This document shows positions 51,785-64,000 of a stretch of DNA of 64,000 nt, one piece after another; within the stretch, counting starts at the first letter, position 1, and each line of letters begins with the position of its first letter. The notes under the pieces are model-generated. The model saw only the letters and a list, made by a program, of their open reading frames with translations. It was not told where the DNA came from and ran no database searches. The DNA comes from Chiloscyllium plagiosum. Its lineage: Eukaryota. Location of the stretch: the NCBI RefSeq assembly GCF_004010195.1, contig NC_057753.1, positions 3,379,514-3,443,513 on the forward strand, given 5' to 3'. The translations under genes and the position numbers were made by a program.

Positions 51785-51945
51785 TTCTCCAGCACCTTCC
51801 AAACCCACGACAACTTCCATCTAGAAGAACAAGGCAAACTGGTACTTGGGAGCACCACCACCTAAAGTTCCCCTTCAAGACACTCACCACCTTGACTTCG
51901 AAATATGCCACTGTTCCTTTACAGTCGTTGGGTCAAAATCCTGTA
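51785..51945 (+). mobile_element. CR1/L2-like LINE 3' fragment
   Basis: cagcaccttccaaaccc...ctagaagaacaagg...caccaccacc...aagttcccc; related to the end of 55050-56240. Confidence 0.6.
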
Positions 51946-53070
51946 GCATTTTCAGCTTTTATTAGGTGGGTAGCTCTGCCACTTTTGAGTCAAAACATTG
52001 TCATTTCAAGCGCCATTTCAAGACAGGAGGACTATTGTAATGCTTGAGGTGTTCAGATAGGTTGCTAAACTGAAGCAAAGTCGAAATACAATGCGTGTAT
52101 ATAATCTGCATCAATTCAACGGAAAGCTGTTGCTCATATTCCAGCGCAATGAACAACATGTATACAGGGCAAAATTTAAGCAATACAATAATGAACATCT
52201 TGAAAAATGGAGCTGCATTTGGTGCATGTAGGTTTACACAACAAACAGCATCAATACGCAGTGCCGTTAAGTTTATATCATGGCACGGAATGATAATATT
52301 CCCGCAGTAAGGGCATCCATAATACAAATCAACTTAATTTGCAGTATGCCACTGCATGGCAAAGCGTGTTACTATGATGACTTAAGTAATATGCAAGAAA
52401 ACGTTTATTGTAGCGCAGTTCTGTAATCTCTGACTCTGGCACACAACCATTAACGGTTCTAGTGTCCAAACCTCTGGGCCAGGAGGCTCGGATTCAACCT
52501 CCTTATTGCTATTGAGGTTTGTAATACTATCTATGAACAGATTGCTTAGTAAATAGAATCACGAACTGAATTTACAACATGATTTTGAATGAAACTATCT
52601 GTACTCTGGAAGCATCAGTTACAGATCAGACTTGTATTTAAAGTATGAGATGTTAGCAAGCAGTGAAAAATACCAATTTCAGAGAGGAGATGGCTGTGGA
52701 GTTTTCGTGTCCACTATCAATCAAGAGAACTATGTATACCTTGAATGTGAAGATTCTGTGCCTCTCAAGACATTTTAATGTTACTTCAAGAAAGGTGAAA
52801 TACATAACAGTAATGAAGTTCATTATGCCAGTGAAGAATAAATGTAATTAAATGGAGGGTCAAAATGGATAGTTTGAAAAAAATCATGGTCTTCGTGGGT
52901 GGGGAAATCATGCCTGTTAAAGAGTTTAAAAAGTTTGTTCTAGTTAATAGACAAGTGATCGACTTAAATGTCGAAATGACATCGCCACCATCGATATGTA
53001 CTCGATGAAAATGCGAAAATGAAGGCAACGCAATTATTCCCATAATTAGCAATTGGCTAAGAATCTGTAT

Positions 53071-53139
53071 GTGGAAGCTCGATTGTTGGAAGAAAGGAAT
53101 AGTAAATGACAAACACTAAACTTTTGGTAATGAATGCAT
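53071..53139 (-). pseudogene. Orphan, inactivated exon 1 of a fourth GPCR paralog (MHSLPK/LVFVIYYSFLPTIELP)
   Basis: ATG CAT TCA TTA CCA AAA G-T TTA GTG TTT GTC ATT TAC TAT ... CTT CCA C aligns with the 70-nt exons, with a 1-bp deletion (69 nt). Donor G|GTA is now C|ATA. Upstream context gctcaaaacattgaccagaaATG resembles paralog 3 gctcagaacatctgtcagaaATG. Confidence 0.85.
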
Positions 53140-55049
53140 TTCTGGTCAATGTTTTGAGCATGTCCTTCATTATGTTCACGGATGGTGACGTTTTCTCTTC
53201 ATGTATTTCTTCATGGAGAAAATTAATTGATTTTGCTCGCGACATCAATGACACGAATGGAAAGGGGGAAGAGTAACAAAAAGTATTTTTTTCCAATATG
53301 ATAAAAAGCTGGTCACACTGTTCTCTTGTTCACCTAAAACAAATCGTTCAATTACAAACAGAAGATTTAGTGTGGACGTCAAAATTGGAATCGAAGAATT
53401 ATTACATTTAGCTCCTCAACGGTGAATTCAATGATGATTGCACAATTTGCAATTGAGAATGAATATACTGATTAAATAAATTGATAAACTTCAGATTTAA
53501 TTGGCACTTATAAGCACGTTCATACGTTTTTCTGCATTTTGTTTGCAAAGATATCCAGTTCAGTAATGTTACAAGTCGTCCTCGAATGTGAAATTCTGCT
53601 TAGGTTTGGCATGAGTTAGTGCAGTCCAGATTATTTATCTTCTGTGTGTACGGGTTCATATGATGGTGGATACCTTCGCAATGGAAATGTTCATTCCTGC
53701 ATAACTGCACCAAATTCCAATTCAGCATGATTAAATTCTGCGATGGCAGCGAAAATCACTACTGCCAGAGTTAATAATGATTAAAATGAAACAAGCTTAG
53801 TTTGATTTTCTTAAAAGTCTTGCTCAATGTCATTAATTACAGTGCAGCAATACCCGCTACAACACTATAATAATCAATGTAAACATGTTCAGATCAGCGC
53901 AGGTACGATTATGGTCAATGTAACCAACGTAGAAGATATTAATTTAGTATTACCAAGTCAACTACAGTACATGACTATATTTAGTGACAACATGTACCGG
54001 TTAAATTGTCACATGAAAAGTGCATAGATTTAGTTCAGTGTCCTTGAATGTTGTCTAATATATTCCATTTTCATGAGCTGAGCTGACACGATGTTATTCA
54101 GCACGATTTTTTCCAGTGTAGAAAGATTTACGGCAAATATTTCCTGTCAGTGTGGGGTACAGCTCAGAATCAAGGTCAAGTTCAGTTTTAAATAACAGCA
54201 ACATCAGCTGGAATTAATGTTCAAGGTCATCAGCACCAATTGCCATATGTTGTCAGACCTGATGAGCATTTTCATAAGTTAACATTCTTCATTTTAAAAG
54301 TCTTAAACCATCTATACTCTGTGTTATCTGTTCATTTGTACAGGCATAGTTCAGCACATATTAAGTCATAATGTATACAGTTAGATGAACAGAGCACTTC
54401 ACAGTTTATACAGATCAAGTTATGTAATGTTTGATTTGACGTGGTTTTCTCTTCCGTCTGCTCTGCATGTATTGCGAAAACCTTCAGTTCATTCACTTCC
54501 CACCTCAGTGGTTGGCTGTTCAGTTATTCTTTGACAGTTCTGGATGCCTGGTCTTCATACTTTAATATTCACCAAAGATATTTGAACACTCTGCTCTTGA
54601 ATACACAAGCAAACGCATTGCTTTCAACGTGTTGCTTTGAATACAAATCAAATAAATTTCATTGCTCATCACATTCGTAAATTTATATTTTCAAGTCATC
54701 AACGTCTGCTTTAATTGCACTTCATCCATCATATAAATCTGTTTCCAAGTGTCATAGCCATGTCTGCATTTTGTGGTATGTGTGCATTTAAGTTGTTGCA
54801 GTTCTAATCCTTCAATTTATCTGACATCTGCATCAGCGTCCTTCTATGCATATAACACCTTAACTTCAAGATTCCTCCCTCCTCACGCCATTATTTCTTG
54901 ATCTTTGTACTTTCCAAATGTTTCCCAATTTTGAATGCATTCGTCTGGCCATAGACCACATCCCATTATTCACTGTAACTGTTACCTCCAGACGTACTTG
55001 CACCACAGATATCAGTTTTCTGCAAATTGGATTTCGTCTGTGAGATCAA

Positions 55050-56240
55050 AAAATAGTTTGGAGGGACTGGATCCTGCAAAATCTATGGTCCTTGAAAACA
55101 TTCTGGCAGTAGTACTGAAGGCTTGTATTCCAGAACGTGCCACACACATAGCCACGTTGTTCCAGTACAGCCACAATATTGACATCTACCTGACAATGTA
55201 AAAAATATACCACCGTGTATGTTGCACACACACAAAAAAAGGAAAAAAAATCAATTACGACTTTTACTGTTCCATGAGACTAGTCTCATCATTAAAGTGA
55301 TGGAAAGTGACATCAACAGTGTTTAAGAACCTCAATTTAAAAAAAAAACAGCTCGATTTCGGAGATGAGTTGGAAGTGACTGCACTTGAAATTGAAAATG
55401 CAGCTACATTCGACAGAGTATGGCACGATGGAGTTCTATCTAAACTGACGTCAGTGGGAAACAGGAGGTAACTGTCGAGGTTTGTATTTTGGCTTGAGAA
55501 AAAACTGTGGTCTTTGCAGGTCTGTCAAACCGCCTCGAGGATATCACTGCAGGAGTTTCACAGGGGTACTGTCCTCGGCCCAACCTTCAGCTTCAGCGGC
55601 TTTACATCATCACTCGATCCGAGGTTGGATATTTGCCCATGATTGCACAATGACCACTCTTCTGGTACTGAAGCAGTCCACACATAAACACGCAACACCA
55701 TGATGTTAACCAAGTCTGAGATGACAAAAGACACAAGTGCGTTTCACTCCAGAGGAGTGTCAGGCATGGACTATTTCAAACAGAAGACAACCTGAGCATT
55801 GTCTCGTGTCACTCAATTACACAACCACCACTGACTGTCAACATCCTAATGCGGAACTGATCTGAACTAATTACATTAATGCTGTCTCCACGAGAGCAAC
55901 TCAGAGATTAGGAATCATGCTGCCAGTAACTCTCCACCGGACCTCCTAAAAGGCTTGCACCATCTTAGAAACCAAGTTAGGGTGGAATGCACTTCATTTG
56001 CCTGGATACGTGTAGCTTCAAGATCGCTCAAGATGTTGATACTATTCAGGACAAAATGATTTACTCGATCTGCACTACAATCAGAGTTCTTCACTGGTTC
56101 TACGAGACACTCAGTTGCAGCAATGTGAAGATAGGCTGCATAAGATACCCAGAGATAATTAGGCAGTACCCCCCAAACCAGCAAACACCTCTCAACAGAA
56201 GGACTCCGGTACCAAATATAAGAGAATACATTTATGGCAT
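55050..56240 (+). mobile_element. Old CR1/L2-like LINE RT and 3' fragment
   Basis: LDPAKSM..ENILAVVLKACIPE.A..IATLFQYS; AGVSQGYCPRP (QG motif); FAHD. Confidence 0.75.
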
Positions 56241-56869
56241 TGCATAAGTTCACTTTGCAGTTGTATAAATTTCTTAGCGGCATTTTCCACCTGGTCTCAT
56301 CCATTTGGAATATCATGGACATGCTGGTATTCCATTGGCACCAGGGACATATCTTTGCTGACATAAGCTGCACAGCTTTTTACTTGACTATCATTCATCG
56401 AGTTATCTGAGTAAACTGTCCTTATCCGTCTGTTTGTAGGAACATATCCTAGGTCCTTTCATAACTCATAACTTAAAAGTTTCTTCAAGCTTTTTTTCGG
56501 GGAGGCAGTATGCAACTTTGCGTCCAAGATGCATTCAGTGTTGGACCCTTGGAAGCTCTGGCAATAGCAAGTGCACAAAAAAATGCTTGCAGACCATGCC
56601 TTCTTGTGACAATGCAGCAGTGCTACTCCGACTCTGTAATCAGTTGCAGGTATCTGCCTTTTTTCCCTCACAGGTCTCTGTAAACGATCTCGTTTGGTGA
56701 ACATTGAAAAGCATTATTCATGACTGTCTCTGGAAGCTCCTCTTCAAAGAAATTGCAGCGTCTGCCCTTATTACGAACTTTAAATGATAACGTACCATTG
56801 TAAGTTGTTATCTGGCCCATCATTAACTCAAATTGGCGGATGATGAAGTTTATTGAATTTGTGTTGAAC

Positions 56870-59800
56870 GTCGAGGCGGGTTTCATCGAGCAGTACGTCA
56901 ACCATCCAACTCAGGAAGGGGCCATTCTGGCCCGGCGAGGTGGTTCAGGTTTCAGTCGGGAATTATTTTGGAAATACAGATCTCAATTCAGTAAGTTTTA
57001 GAATACTCATGGACAAAGATGAGAGTGGTCCTAATGGAAGGATATAGAACAATACAGTGGAGAACAGTCTCTTCGGCCTTCGATGGAGCACCGATCTATG
57101 AACTAATCTAAGCCCACCCCTACACTATCCCATCATCATCAATGTGCTTATCTAAGGATTGTCTATATCTCCCTAATGTGGCTGAGCTAAGTACATTGGC
57201 AGGAAAAAAAGAGAATACTGCAGAGGAGAAGAATAAGATACAAGATATTATACTAGAAAGCATCGAGGTTAATAAGGAAGAGATATTATCAATTCTAGAA
57301 GGAGCAAAAGTAGACGAGTAGCTCATTTTTTTTAGATTAGATTAGATTACATTACAGCGTGGAAACAGGCCCTTCGGCCCAACAAGTCCACACCAACCCG
57401 CCGAAGCACAACCCACCCATGCCCCTACATTTACCCCTTACCTAACACTACGGGCAATTTAGCACGGCCAATTCACCTGACCAATTCATTTGCCCATAGT
57501 GTTATTTGTATGAGTCAGGGGTAAATGCAGGGGAACGGGTTTGGATGGGTTACTGTGTGGAGAGTCAGTGTGGACTTGGGCTGAAGGGCCTGTTTCTATA
57601 CTGTAGGGAGCCGAATCTAATACCTATAGAAACCTTGAGGTTTTCCTTTATTCTACCTACTAAAGACTGTTCATGTCCTCTCTTTGCTCTTCTTAAGTCT
57701 CTCTTTAAATCCTTCCGAGCCAATCTGTAACTGTCCATCACCTTATCTGAACCATCTTGTATCATTTTGGGGGAAGGCCGACTGTACAAAAATTCAGCAG
57801 GAGCTGTGAAATATGGATTGGTAGCAGCTGTTTGAAGGTAAATCGACATTTGACATGTGAGAGGTTGATTAGAGTGCAAGAGAGACATGTTCCTTTGAAA
57901 ATGAGGGATAGAAATGGCAAGATTAGGGAACCATGGAGGACAGCTGAAATTGTGAGACTAGCTAAGAGGAAAAAGGAAGCATATATAAGGCCTCGGCGAC
58001 TGAAGACAGACGAAGCTTGGGAAGAATATTGGGACTGTAGGACCAATCTGAAACGAATAATTGAGAGAGGTAAAAGTGGTCATGAGTTATTTTCAGCAAA
58101 CAGGGTTAAAGAAAACGCCAAAGCCTTTATTCATCTTTAACGACCAAAAGTGTAACTAGACAAAGGGTTGGCCCACTCAAGGACAAAGGAGGAAAGTTGT
58201 GCGCAGAGGCAGATAAAATGGAAGAGATTCTTACTGTGTACTTTGCATCTGTATTCACCGAGGCGAGTGAAATGGTAGATATTGAGGTTAGGGATCGATG
58301 TTTGATTGCTCCAGGTCAAGCCAGCAGAAGTAGAGAGGAAGTGTTGGGTATTCTAAAAGGCATTAAGGTAGACAGGTGCACAGGTCCAGTCAGGATCTAT
58401 GTCAAATTACTGAGTGAAGCGAGAGGGGAAATAGCTGGGGCCTTAACAAATATATTTGCAGCATCGTTGAACAAGGATGAGGTCCCGTAGGACTGGAGAA
58501 GTGTTAATGTTGCACCCTTTTTCAAGAAGGTTTATCAGGGATAATACAGGTCATTTCAGACTGGTGAGCCTGACGTCAGCAGTAGGGAAGGTGCTGGAGA
58601 AGATACTGAGGTGTAGGATCTATTCCCATTTGGAAGAAAATGGGCCTATCAGTGACAGGCAACATGGTTTTGTGCGTATAGCCCTGGTCACCACATTATG
58701 AAAAGGATGCGGGTGCTTTGGAGAGGGTGCAGAGGAGGTTCACTCGGATGTTGCCTGGTATGGAGGGCACTCGCTGTAGATAGTATGAATAGGTTAGGAT
58801 TATTTACATTATAAAGACAGAAATTGAGGGGGACTTGATTGTGGTCCACGAAATCATGAAAGGTATAGACAGGTTGGATAGCAAGAATATTTTTCACAAA
58901 GCGGGGGACTCAATTACTAGGGGTCATGAGTTCAAGCTGAGTGCAGGGAAGGTCATATCTTTCCAACTTAATACAATTCGGAGAGGAGGTGGCAAAGTTA
59001 ATTGATGTGGGAAAAGCTGTAGATGTCATATACATGGGATTCTGTAAGGCGTTTACTAAGGTTCCCCATGGTAGACTGGTGGAGAAGGTGAAGTAACATG
59101 GGCTTCAGGGTGTACGAGCTAGACGAATAAAGAACTGGCTGAGCAGCAGGAGACAGAGAGTCGGAATTGAATGGATTAGGAAGTTTTCAGAAGACACGAA
59201 GACGGGTGGAGTACCAGATAGTGAAGGGGACTGTCAGAGAATGCAGCAGAATATAGATAGTTTGGAAAGTTGGGCAGAGAAATGACAGATGAAGTTCAAT
59301 CCAGGCAAGTGTGAGTTGATGCATTTTGTAAGATACCGTTCAAGAGCTAACCATATGGTAAATGGAAAGGTTCTGGGGAAAATTGTTGTACAGAGAGATC
59401 TGGGTGTTCAGGTCCTTTGTTCTCTGAAGGTGGCAACGCAAATCGATAGAGTAGTCAAGACGGCATATGGCATGCTTGTCTTCATCGGACGGGGAATTGA
59501 GTACAAGATTTGGCAGGTCATGTTACAGTTGTATAAGACTTTGGTTTGGCCACATTTGGAATACTGCGTAGAGCTCTGGTCACCACATTATGAAAAGGAT
59601 GTGGATGCTTTGGAGAGGGTGCAGAGGCGGTTCACTCGGATGTTGCCTGGTATGGAGAGCACTCACTGTAGATAGTATGAATAGGTTAGGATTATTTACA
59701 TTAGAAAGACAGAAGTTGAGGGGTACTTGATTGTGGTCCTGAAATCATGAGAGGTAGAGACAGGTTGGAGAGCAAGAATATTTTTCACAGACCGGGGACT

Positions 59801-60105
59801 CAATTACTAGGGGTCATGAGTTCAAGCTGCGTGGGGCATCTTTTCGGGGAGATACGTGTGGAAAGTTTATTAGGTAGAAAGTGATAGGTGCTTCGAATGC
59901 ATTGCCAGTGGAAGTGGTAGATGCGGGACGATAGCATCATTTAAGATGTATCTGGACAATACATGAATAAGCAGGGAGCAAACGGATACAGGCCCTTAGA
60001 AAATAGGCGACAGGTTTAGATAGAGGATCTGGATCTGCGCAGTCTTGGAGGGCTGAAGGGCGCGTTTCTGTGCTGTAATTTTCTTTGTTTTTTATTCTTG
60101 TTCTA
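56870..60105 (+). mobile_element. CR1 LINE (end of endonuclease to 3' UTR) with nested insertions at 57042-57756 and an internal duplication
   Basis: FRLVSLTSAVGK, MKFNPGKCE, LVWPHLEYCVELWSP; tail ctttgtt repeats. Confidence 0.9.
57333..57620. mobile_element. Two HE1-like SINE 3' halves in divergent, inverted arrangement
   Basis: 57333-57482 is minus with a (taatc)n tail. 57490-57620 is plus. Both carry gtgtggacttg...gggc.gaagggcctgtttc. Confidence 0.8.
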
Positions 60106-60687
60106 TATTTGAGCAGCTGCTAGGGCAGTGAAAGATTACTGTGCCTATTATTTGAAAGACAATGGCAACATCAGCTACGCACAGTGTCAGAATGATGGCA
60201 GGACTCTTTAATCGTCAGCATGACTAAAGGTACAGCTACTGATTCAGAAGTCTGTGAGTATTCAACATAACTTCCACAACTTATACCGTTCTGGATAAAG
60301 GTGCGGTACTGATGGCCAAACTTGCACCTATGTTTCTGATTTGAGAAAGAATTACAAATAAGCAACAATGGCTGTAGTTGTTTGCAACAGTCTCCAAATA
60401 GGAAAAAATGAACAAAAATAATCCCAAACAATTCCGACTGAGTACCCACTGTCAATCCCACTTTAGTCATCAACATTCTGGACATATCCTGAATAAGCAG
60501 GGGAAGGACAATTAGAAATCAACTGAAAACAAATTACCACACGTGCTTTTATAGCCTTGCAACATTCTTCGTACATTTCAGAATTTAACACGAAGGCAAT
60601 GTCTGAAAAAGCTCTCATGTGTAGCTGTGTGTAGAGAGCAGGATATGCTGCCCTAAAGCATACAAATGATTCTGGGTCATCCTCTTA

Positions 60688-61574
60688 TCAATACTTAAAC
60701 ATTTTAATAAATAGGTTCAAAGTAAATTTCTTTAATTCATCTCTAATTTTGTTCTGCGTTACAGCATATATAAATGGGTTGATGCAGGAACTCAATAACT
60801 GGAGCATATATCCAGTTTGTTGCAAATAAAATGTGGATCCTGAGGAATAAGTAACATTCGCAATTCGAACGTAGAGAATGTTTACAAAAAATAACATATA
60901 TAGTAGAATGAAAGTGCCTGAGATGGAGAAGAGTAAAATAATGGACTTTCTCCGTTTCTCCATCTCTGGGTCACGCTGAGTCTCTACAATTTTCTGAAGC
61001 TGGAGTCTCTTACGGGCTCTGTTGGCCAAGACAATGCGTCTCACAGTCAGTGCATTTAGTATTAAAATTAGAACAAAAGGGAGGCATGGATTTAAAATAG
61101 AACGGATCCAGTCATATGCAACCCAAGCAGGTGATGTATAACATACATCCTTTATGCTGCACAGCCAGGGTGTATTGTTGATTACGTATCTGGGTTCAAA
61201 TTCAAAATATATGAAAATATTTTTTATACCGCACAGAGTAGACACAACTCCTATCATCCACGCTGCCACCTTCCTGGTGCAATATTTTACTTTCAGGTTG
61301 TGGCAAGATATAGCCACAAATCGATCAAAAGTAAAAGCGACAGTTAACCAGGCGGAATTGTCAATAACTGCCAGATTTAATGCAGCACGAAAACTGCACA
61401 CTGGTGTGATAGAAAGGAAACTGGATGGGAAATAAATCCCAACAATGCGATTTAAAATCACAGCTGTGACCATGACCAGGAGATCTGTTGCTGCCATTGC
61501 CACCAAGTAGTAAGTGATGCAGCTCGAGAGACCACAGGTTCTTCGAGATAGGATTGCAATCACTGCTAGATTAG
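60688..61574 (-). CDS. GPR139/GPR142-like GPCR, paralog 3, exon 2 (spliced protein 318 aa)
   Basis: LVAMAATDLL, WLTVAFTFDRFVAISC, PCLPF, NPFIY. Acceptor tctttctttcttccag|CT at 61575/61574. Confidence 0.95.
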
Positions 61575-63159
61575 CTGGAAGAAAGAAAGACAGCGAGTTA
61601 CAATTGGACCATTTCTCCTTTTGATTACAATCAGGTTTCTCATATTACTGAAGTTTTCAGAAGTTTCAAGAGTTTAGAAGGAAACTATAACTTGGACATC
61701 ATTCCTTATTTTGTGGAATAATTGATTTTTAAATTAAACATTGAAACGAGGAAACCAAATTATTGACGCCACAGGAATACTATATAAAAATCTTTGCAGA
61801 CAGCTACATATCACCCACCAACAATTCACCACTTCATTTAGTTGAGTCCCATTCAAAGGCAAGAATAAATTTTAAAAATGGATTTAATATATTACAAGCA
61901 TAAGAAATACCGAAGTAAAGCAAATCATCCCAACAAAGAGAATACGTTGAAAGAGGCAATCTACAATGCACGGACAGTACAGTGGAAACTGACAATAGCA
62001 TGAATTTAGTCCAATTTTATTTCAATAAATTCATGTAATTCTTTTCACTGTTGGAAAAGCAGACATGAAACCTTCGAATATTACATTGGAAATAAAGTGG
62101 AAACATGCAACCCTCCAACTTCACAGAATTCACTCTGGGATTGATTCGATGACCGAGCTGTTCATGTGAGAATGACCTCTCATTTGTGGTGTCGATGGAA
62201 AGCATAGAAACTGGCTGGTGATGAGAAGTTTTTTCGGGGAAAGACCTTCCTGCAGTGCAGCACTTCATCAGTGGTTCATTGCACCGTCAGGGTAAATAAC
62301 GACTCATTTCTCATTTGCATTTTAAAAATTAAACCTTGCAAATGCAATACCAGAAATGCCAAAAAGTGTAGAGATTCATTCCATTTTAGAAGAACAACAA
62401 AACTAGAAACAGTTTAAGCTCATATCGAAAGTCGGTATTAGCTGGAAACCCCACATCAGCAATCATCACATTAGAACAATCAGAAACAGTTAATGTAGAG
62501 TGAACGTGCAGCGTTGAAACTGCGAGCACTAGCGACTGAAAACAAAAACAAATGCGCTCTGTGCATTAGTGGCAAATCCCCATCTTCGGTTAAAGGAGAA
62601 ATACAATGTTGTTATATATCTTTGAACATTTCGAATTCTAATTATTCCCCTTCTTTGAAATTAGTCATTAAATGCAGATGGAAATTGGTCAACAGTTCAA
62701 ACTACTGAAGCAATAATGCATTCATGCAGATTTTCCCTTTCATTCAAAGAAAATTGCACGATCAATCCAAATATATGATGGGATATTTGTGGAAATAAAC
62801 TTCGCAAAGAAAAATTAAAATGTGATGATAAAGAGAAAATTGTCTAAATAATGCTGCGATGGATCTACTGTTACAGGATAATAACTGCTTAGTGATTTAC
62901 CAAGTAACATGTTGCCAATAATGCAGCTGAATTGGATCGACTTTACAACTTATTTCTTCTATTAAAGCGTTGACACATCAGAAATGTATTACAACATGTA
63001 TCCGCCTTCACGGAGCACATCACAACGTTGAAGCCAACTGTTATGGCATATTGAATTGGAGAAACAATATTTATTGCTACCGGCCTCGTGATACTGGTGA
63101 AACTGGAGAACTGACGCAGCTAAACAGTATCTCTATGTGAGGAACTCTCAACATTTTAC

Positions 63160-63229
63160 CTGGAAGACCAATATCTGCAAGGACTGGATAATAAATGGCA
63201 AAGACCAAACCTCTTGGTATCTCATGCAT
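63160..63229 (-). CDS. GPCR paralog 3, coding exon 1 (MHEIPRGLVFAIYYPVLADIGLP+G)
   Basis: ATG at 63229, 70 nt, donor CCAG|gtaaaa. Intron 61575-63159 (1585 bp). Confidence 0.92.
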
Positions 63230-63280
63230 TTCTGACAGATGTTCTGAGCACCGTCCATGAATCATCGAAACATGACTACA

Positions 63281-63327
63281 TTTATACATGGTTGCATATG
63301 CATTTCAGACTTCAGGGAGTTAATTAG
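63281..63327 (-). promoter_or_regulatory. Proximal promoter of paralog 3: TATA box, O/E site and homeodomain site
   Basis: Minus strand CTAATTA-AC-TCCCTGAAG (63327-63310) and TATAAA (63286-63281), 52 nt upstream of the ATG. Plus-strand CTTCAGGGA matches YYYCARRRR exactly. Confidence 0.72.
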
Positions 63328-64000
63328 TTCGACTTGCTTTTTCCATCATGACTTTAATTGCAAGAAGCAGATTAGTACTGTTTCTGATTGTTGCACTTTT
63401 AATTGGAATGGATATTTGGGGCCTCAAATTGATCTAAAGTGACATGCACAGCGATTACATGAGGATCAAGGTATTATTTCGTCATAAAAATCATTGTTAC
63501 CTGAATATTGGCTTCAGAACATATTAGTGGCTTTCTCTGGAAACTTTAATGAGATAAACGAATATTTCAACGAAAGCACAGTCAAGTTCTACCATTATTA
63601 TTATATCCTTTCGATCATGATTCAGGTGCAACATGAGTCCAGTCAAGACTGATGCAGTAAAACATCTGTCTTTCCGGATGGATTTGCAGATGCGTTTAAG
63701 ATGCCTTCACCTTGACTGGTTTCATTGTGCATTATTGTAATTTCACCGCAATTACATTTCGTACAGGGAGATTCAGGTTCAGTACTGTGTGTGTTCATCA
63801 ATGTGTTACGATATGGTTCATCATGTTTAAGTTCAGCACGAACGGTTCCAGTCCACCAACATGAAAATCCATGTGGATTTTAATAGATCAGAGCAGTTAT
63901 ATCCATTTAGGACACCAGTTGATTAAATCTACATTAAGACTTCATATGAACACTTCTGTTTAACGTATTCACGTGAAGTATGATTTACTACAAGTCAGCC

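Noticed and set aside
56640..56720. Acceptor-like ttttttccctcacag as an exon of another gene
   Set aside because: No sustained open frame, partner exon or recognisable protein motif.
62340..62700. Possible homology between the paralog 3 intron and the paralog 2 intron (about 50470-50790)
   Set aside because: Only scattered short A-rich matches; cannot be distinguished from compositional similarity by eye.
1..64000. Assigning the symbol GPR139, and prokaryotic systems such as CRISPR arrays or operons
   Set aside because: One-to-one orthology to GPR139 is not supportable for a multi-copy divergent cluster. The DNA is vertebrate-like, with spliceosomal introns and no repeat-spacer arrays.

Overview
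Eukaryotic, repeat-rich, AT-rich genomic DNA, most likely from a cartilaginous fish (inferred from HE1/V-SINE, CR1 and Penelope repeat types). The only host genes I can support are three tandem, co-oriented (minus strand) two-exon class A GPCR genes resembling GPR139/GPR142. Each has a 70-nt first coding exon that the ORF track does not join to exon 2, a phase-1 GT-AG intron and a large second exon. The spliced products are 326, 316 and 318 aa. A fourth, dead first exon lies at 53071-53139. All three genes share a compact proximal promoter: TATAAA 51-52 nt upstream of the ATG, plus a homeodomain site (CTAATT[AG]) exactly 2 nt from an O/E(Ebf)-like site. This resembles olfactory receptor promoters, so my main hypothesis (inference) is a birth-and-death cluster of GPR139-like chemoreceptors. 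The rest is mostly decayed mobile DNA: CR1 LINEs, Penelope-like elements with minimal hammerhead ribozyme motifs, a Gmr1-type Gypsy element (integrase before RT), a conventional Gypsy element, solo LTRs, RTE/Rex1/L2-like fragments, SINEs, and a class III (ERV-L/ERV-S-like) retroviral remnant with a tRNA-Ser primer-binding site. Family assignments come from motif recognition, not database searches. Repeat boundaries are approximate unless a target-site duplication (TSD) is given.
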